A stretch of 64,000 nucleotides of DNA, from IMG/VR virus record IMGVR_UViG_3300028797_000004. One strand, 5' to 3'. Shown one piece after another: positions 59,746-64,000 of this stretch. Source of the DNA: a virus. Taxonomy: Duplodnaviria > Caudoviricetes. Made by a program: the position numbers and the translations under genes. The first letter of the stretch is position 1; every line of letters starts with the position of its first letter. Below the pieces are notes generated by a model. The model saw nothing but the letters and a program-made list of their open reading frames with translations. It made no database searches and was not told where the DNA came from.

Positions 59746-61356
59746 ATGGCTGAACTCAATGCTGAGCAGAAAGCTGCTGTAGAGTGCACAGATAGAAAAA
59801 TAGTTTGTATTGCAGGCGCAGGCGCAGGCAAGACCAAAACATTAGTTTCTAGATTGATACATCAAGTAGTTGGTGGCGCTGATGCAACTCATATGTTAGT
59901 GCTCACATTTACAAATGCTGCTGCACAAGAAATGAAAGCTCGATACATCGCTGCTGCACCTGAATTTGATGTACCAACCTTCGGAACATTCCATTCATTC
60001 TGTTATTCACTACTTGTAAATCCTGACATACGCAACGCTCTTGGCTATACAGATGTGCCTACAGTAGCTACACCTGAAGACATTAAATTCTGTAACTCAC
60101 AAGCTAAGCTGATAACAAGACCTAAGCTTCTTGAATCTGAAATGTCTGGTGACGGAGAGAATCTACCTTCATCTAAGAAGCGAGATTACGAGACGTTCAA
60201 GCGTTGTAGAGATAAGCTTCTGCGACAGAGAGGTCTTATCACATTTGATATGATGTGCTACGACATAGGTCAGCTGTTTATCAATGATGAAGCTTGTGTG
60301 CAGCCGATAAAGCGTAGATATGAGTATGTGGTGTGCGACGAGATGCAAGATTCAGACAAACGGCAGATGTCGTTTCTTAAGTCTTTTAAAGATGCAAACT
60401 TATTTGTGGTAGGTGATGCCAAACAGAATCTATATAGCTTCCGAGGTACAACTAACAGGATAATCAAATCGCTTGCTGAATCTGATGAGTGGACAACAAT
60501 CAAGATGTATAAGAACTACAGATGCACAGAAGAAATATGCGAGTTTGCTAACAAGATTCATAAAAGTTGGGGAGATTCTCCTTACAACTTAGCAATACAT
60601 AGTGATAAGCATGATCCGGATTCTGTACATTTTATGCCCGCTTCCGAAGCTTATGAAGTAACCCCTTTGTATTTGTTAGAGATTACACAGAATTCTGATA
60701 AGGAGTCAATTGCATTCTTAGTTCGTACTAATGCAGAAGTAGCTTCGCTTGTAGATAAATGCAAGGCAGTTGGCGTGAAGTATCACACTAATAGTTCCGC
60801 TGACTGGCGAGCTTCCATGCTGCTGGCGTTACAAGATGAGCAGTATGCTATTACCTGGCTGCCGTCAGTACTTAATGCTACTAAGTATAACAATTATCTG
60901 CGGGCGTGCATACTTAATCCGGAATATAAAACTATCATAGGCTTACAGCATTTCACAAGTGAGGACGAAGTGTTTGCTGAGAGATACGGGACATATCTTA
61001 CGCTTAAAACACTACTTGACACAAATATATCTGTATTTCAGAAGTATAAGTCAATCACAGAGAAGCTTGACCTCCCATTTGACGTAGCTGACACACCCGA
61101 TACTGTTGAAGGTATATTTGATCTCCTCAATACTAAACTTGGTAGCGCAACTACTGATGAAGGTGTTTACATCGGTACAATACATTCGTCAAAAGGACTT
61201 GAATACGATACTGTGCACTTGTTCGGCGTAGGCGGATCCAGCTTCCAGATCTCCGACGAGGACTCAAAGAATGTCTTCTATGTAGGATGCACAAGAGCTA
61301 AGAATAATCTTTATATCTATTCGGATAAATATAGAAAGGATGATGAAGAATGCTAG
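59746..61356 (+). CDS. UvrD/PcrA-like SF1 helicase
   Basis: LNAEQ, AGAGAGKT, TFTNAAA, TFHSF, DEMQD, VGDAKQ.LY.FRG, NYR, TIHSSKGLEYD, YVGCTRAK. Confidence 0.93.
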   Translation: MAELNAEQKAAVECTDRKIVCIAGAGAGKTKTLVSRLIHQVVGGADATHMLVLTFTNAAAQEMKARYIAAAPEFDVPTFGTFHSFCYSLLVNPDIRNALGYTDVPTVATPEDIKFCNSQAKLITRPKLLESEMSGDGENLPSSKKRDYETFKRCRDKLLRQRGLITFDMMCYDIGQLFINDEACVQPIKRRYEYVVCDEMQDSDKRQMSFLKSFKDANLFVVGDAKQNLYSFRGTTNRIIKSLAESDEWTTIKMYKNYRCTEEICEFANKIHKSWGDSPYNLAIHSDKHDPDSVHFMPASEAYEVTPLYLLEITQNSDKESIAFLVRTNAEVASLVDKCKAVGVKYHTNSSADWRASMLLALQDEQYAITWLPSVLNATKYNNYLRACILNPEYKTIIGLQHFTSEDEVFAERYGTYLTLKTLLDTNISVFQKYKSITEKLDLPFDVADTPDTVEGIFDLLNTKLGSATTDEGVYIGTIHSSKGLEYDTVHLFGVGGSSFQISDEDSKNVFYVGCTRAKNNLYIYSDKYRKDDEEC

Positions 61357-61868
61357 TTCCAGCACAGCTGTATAGAGATGAAATCAGCCGTGAGCTAACT
61401 GCCCGCTGGTACATACCTAGATTCAGTCATTATTTTTCAGGTAATAGGGAGGAGGTTCGGATAGCTGATAATGCTCATTGGCGCAGAGATTTTGCTTATG
61501 AGGACATGCATCATAGACTTGGCGGATATTTCTCTTATGCATACAATGAATCAGCTAGATCCATGAGTAACTTCGGGCTGGTAGGCTTTCAGAAAAATAA
61601 CATAGCATTTCTTCGAGAGGTCAAAGCCCATATACTGCATATGATAGTTACAGGACAGGCTCAGCGAATTGAGTTCTGGGCGTTCACAGATAATCCAGTC
61701 ATGAAATTGTATCGTAGGTGGGCAGAGCAATACGGTGGTGTAGAAATCGCTACATTGCATCGTGTAGCTTTCTACGAAGGGGCATATCATGATATGTCTG
61801 TGTTTGAGTTTCTGCGAGAGGATATACTGTCACATATCACAGTACTACCGGAGGTGTGTTATGAATAG
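61350..61868 (+). CDS. GNAT (RimJ/RimL-like) acetyltransferase
   Basis: RIEF.....N.....Y......G...I..L......G.YHD...FE.L pattern. Confidence 0.6.
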   Translation: MLVPAQLYRDEISRELTARWYIPRFSHYFSGNREEVRIADNAHWRRDFAYEDMHHRLGGYFSYAYNESARSMSNFGLVGFQKNNIAFLREVKAHILHMIVTGQAQRIEFWAFTDNPVMKLYRRWAEQYGGVEIATLHRVAFYEGAYHDMSVFEFLREDILSHITVLPEVCYE

Positions 61869-62241
61869 GTCAGATTTCACTAGAGATATTGAACTTCGTG
61901 CAAGGAAGATGCTGAAGACAAAAGCATTTCTTTCAGAGTTTGCTAAGCATCTGTCAGGGCTGAAAGAGTTCAGCAAGGTGGAGTATGAAGTGACAATTGA
62001 TGCTGCGGGCTATGTGAAAGCAAATGTTGACAGATTAATCAGTGTTTCACACAATAGCCGAAACAAGACAAATCTTATAACTCATATTCTACTTCTGCAC
62101 TGCTCTTCAGAAGATTCACAATTAGGGATACATGGTGACGGTAGCAGGTACCGATTAAACTTATCGCAGTATGTGATAGGTACATATAAGTATGAGCTGT
62201 CATCAACAGGTAAGACTCGGCATTGGAGGAAAATATCATGA
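61861..62241 (+). CDS. hypothetical protein
   Basis: GGAGGTG RBS before ATG 61861. Confidence 0.65.
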   Translation: MNRSDFTRDIELRARKMLKTKAFLSEFAKHLSGLKEFSKVEYEVTIDAAGYVKANVDRLISVSHNSRNKTNLITHILLLHCSSEDSQLGIHGDGSRYRLNLSQYVIGTYKYELSSTGKTRHWRKIS

Positions 62242-62606
62242 GAAAGCGATTTTCAAATACAGTGGTGTGCGGACGCTCAGTTCAAGTAGGTAACTTCTAT
62301 CGAAGCTACAATGGTACTTGTGTTGAAGTCATTGCTATCGCAGAGAATGTAGAAACTGGTCAAGAGATGGTCGTCTATCGTACTCGTCACGAACAGAAAC
62401 GTGAAATTGACGATATGATTCTCACTTGTACTGCCGAGGCATTCTTGAGTGATGTGCAAGTTGGTGGTGTAACCAAGACTCGATATCGTGAGGTACTGAT
62501 AGGCGTAACACGTTTTCACGATAAAGAGTGGGTAGAGCTTCTTGAATCGTCACCTATGCGATCACGTCACATGATAAGTTTTGAAACGCAGGAGGGGGCT
62601 CAGTAG
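62238..62606 (+). CDS. DUF1653-like protein
   Basis: G.FYR.Y.G...EV..IA...ET.QEMVVYR. Confidence 0.7.
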   Translation: MRKRFSNTVVCGRSVQVGNFYRSYNGTCVEVIAIAENVETGQEMVVYRTRHEQKREIDDMILTCTAEAFLSDVQVGGVTKTRYREVLIGVTRFHDKEWVELLESSPMRSRHMISFETQEGAQ

Positions 62607-63730
62607 TGTTTAGATCATTTAGATTTCGATTGCATTTATCTACATTTCAGTCCGCACAAGTTCGACAAACATTCGGCTGTTGCCGATTTGTCTACAATTA
62701 TTTTCTAGCGGATTCTATCAAACAATACAAAGCTGACAAACAAAGCTTCAACTTATTTCAAAGTTTCAAGCAGCTTTCAGCAATGAGGAAGCTGTCAGAG
62801 TACAGCTGGTTACAACAAGCTGATAGCGAAGCTTTGAGATATGCTTTGAAGCAGCTGAACTCAGCTTACCAAAATTTCTTCAGAAGTTTGGAGTCAGATA
62901 AACATATATGCTTTCCGAAGTTCAAATTTAAACGATTTGCAAAGCAAACATATACAACATCGGCTGTGAACGAAGCTACATTCCGTATTGAAAACAATAA
63001 GATTTTCATACCTAAATTAGGGTTTGTTAAATTCCGAGGTCGTCAACATATGCAAGGCAAACCGATTCATGCTACAATCTCAAGGTCTGCAACTGGAAAA
63101 TATTATATTTCTGTTGTTTGCAAAGATGTTCAAATTGATAAGTTACCTGAAACGCATCAAAGTGTAGGTATAGATTTAGGTCTGAAAGATTTTGCAATCA
63201 CCTCAGACAGAGAAAAATTCTCAAATCCAAAATTCTTCGCAAAATACCAAAAACAGCTTGCAAAAGCTCAAAGAAAGCTGTCCCGAAAACCAAAGGGCAG
63301 CCATAACTTCGAGAAGCAAAAGCTGAGAGTTGCAAGAATTCACGAGAAAATTACAAACTGTCGAACAGATTTCTTGCAGAAGCTATCAACAAGTTTGATT
63401 CGCAGATATGATATCCTCTGCATTGAAGACCTGTCAGTGCAAGGCATGATGCAGAATCATAAGCTTGCAAAATCAATTGCGGATGTTTCTTGGTCACGAT
63501 TTGTATCAATGCTGAGCTACAAAGCTGAGTGGTATGGTAGAACTCTCCAGAAAATCAACAAGTTCTATCCAAGTTCACAATTGTGCAGCTGCTGCGGGCA
63601 TCAGAATCCAGATGTCAAAGACTTAGCAGTTCGCAGATGGATCTGCCCACAGTGCAACACAGAACACGACAGAGATACCAACGCAGCGAAAAACATTTTA
63701 GCTGAAGGTCTCAGATTACTTTCAGCTTAA
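62606..63730 (+). CDS. tnpB: TnpB RNA-guided nuclease lacking a transposon left end
   Basis: HTH FRFRL...FGCCRFVYN; RuvC GIDLG, IEDL, DRDTNAA; CSCCG...CPQC. Confidence 0.93.
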   Translation: MFRSFRFRLHLSTFQSAQVRQTFGCCRFVYNYFLADSIKQYKADKQSFNLFQSFKQLSAMRKLSEYSWLQQADSEALRYALKQLNSAYQNFFRSLESDKHICFPKFKFKRFAKQTYTTSAVNEATFRIENNKIFIPKLGFVKFRGRQHMQGKPIHATISRSATGKYYISVVCKDVQIDKLPETHQSVGIDLGLKDFAITSDREKFSNPKFFAKYQKQLAKAQRKLSRKPKGSHNFEKQKLRVARIHEKITNCRTDFLQKLSTSLIRRYDILCIEDLSVQGMMQNHKLAKSIADVSWSRFVSMLSYKAEWYGRTLQKINKFYPSSQLCSCCGHQNPDVKDLAVRRWICPQCNTEHDRDTNAAKNILAEGLRLLSA

Positions 63731-63739
63731 AATCGTTAT

Positions 63740-63840
63740 GATACGGTGAGCCACACCGGAATTCACGCCTTTGGAGATCTGATAAGACTTGCGCGCAAGC
63801 GCAAGCAAGGTCGTCGAACAAGGAAGAAACAGATTGTTTC
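63740..63840 (+). ncRNA. omegaRNA-like scaffold of the second TnpB (ends approximate)
   Basis: ACGGTGAGCCACACCGGAATTCACGCCTTTGGAGA...TAAGAC...GTCG.CGAACAAGGAA resembles sequence commonly found 3' of tnpB. Confidence 0.6.
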
Positions 63841-63896
63841 GTGGCGTTATAGAATACATACAAATCTACTGTTACTGAATGGAAGGAGTAACTACT

Positions 63897-64000
63897 ATGT
63901 ATAAAATTCAAAGCATAGAAATTCAGGGTCTGCACAATGTGATGCATGAGAAATACGACCTTGATAATTTCAATTATTTCTACGGCAAGAATGGCGCAGG
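63897..64000 (+). CDS. SbcC/Rad50-like ATPase, 5' part (truncated by window)
   Basis: MYKIQSIEIQGLHN...NYFYGKNGAG (start of Walker A); AAGGAG RBS. Confidence 0.7.
   Translation, partial: MYKIQSIEIQGLHNVMHEKYDLDNFNYFYGKNGA

Noticed and set aside
74-63947. Most minus-strand and nested short ORFs in the track
   Set aside because: They are shadows of well-supported + strand genes and lack RBSs or motifs; only 12530-13294 is accepted on the minus strand
1-64000. Genome-wide TAG recoding
   Set aside because: Only one in-frame TAG was found, long genes are intact in code 11, and the only tRNA is Leu(CAA), not a suppressor

Overview
A 64-kb segment of a large lytic myovirus-type phage. The host is probably Bacillota/Clostridia, inferred from strong AGGAGG RBSs, sigmaA promoters and a sporulation-type sigma factor. 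Nearly all genes are on the + strand. In order: (1) small accessory ORFs, one split by a TnpB-only IS200/IS605 element with resolvable ends (2092-3425, TAM TTTAA); (2) early genes (YodL, DUF932) and two sigma-70-family factors; (3) a candidate origin; (4) a replisome with DnaC-like loader, DnaB, primase, SSB, family A polymerase, beta clamp, gamma/tau + delta + delta' clamp loader, RecA, Cas4-like nuclease and resolvase; (5) 7-deazaguanine DNA-modification genes (folE, queD, queF, dpdA, queC) next to a Tad1 anti-Thoeris sponge; (6) tRNA-Leu(CAA); (7) terminase with a mini-intein, an apparently inactive LigA homologue, portal, neck and tail sheath; (8) HD hydrolase, holins, methyltransferase, SleB-like hydrolase, UvrD, GNAT, a second TnpB and the start of an SbcC-like ATPase. 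The polymerase gene is split by two group I introns (HNH and GIY-YIG), an intein and a Hint-like remnant. The most notable observations are: the second TnpB has no transposon left end, is translationally coupled into a phage operon and has a phage promoter motif directly before its omegaRNA; two recurring intergenic promoter motifs match two phage sigmas; 11-bp phased arrays precede the early promoters; unrelated proteins share a basic-[IV]-x-A-A motif; and there are two candidate structured RNAs. All family assignments are from motif recognition by eye, with no database searches.
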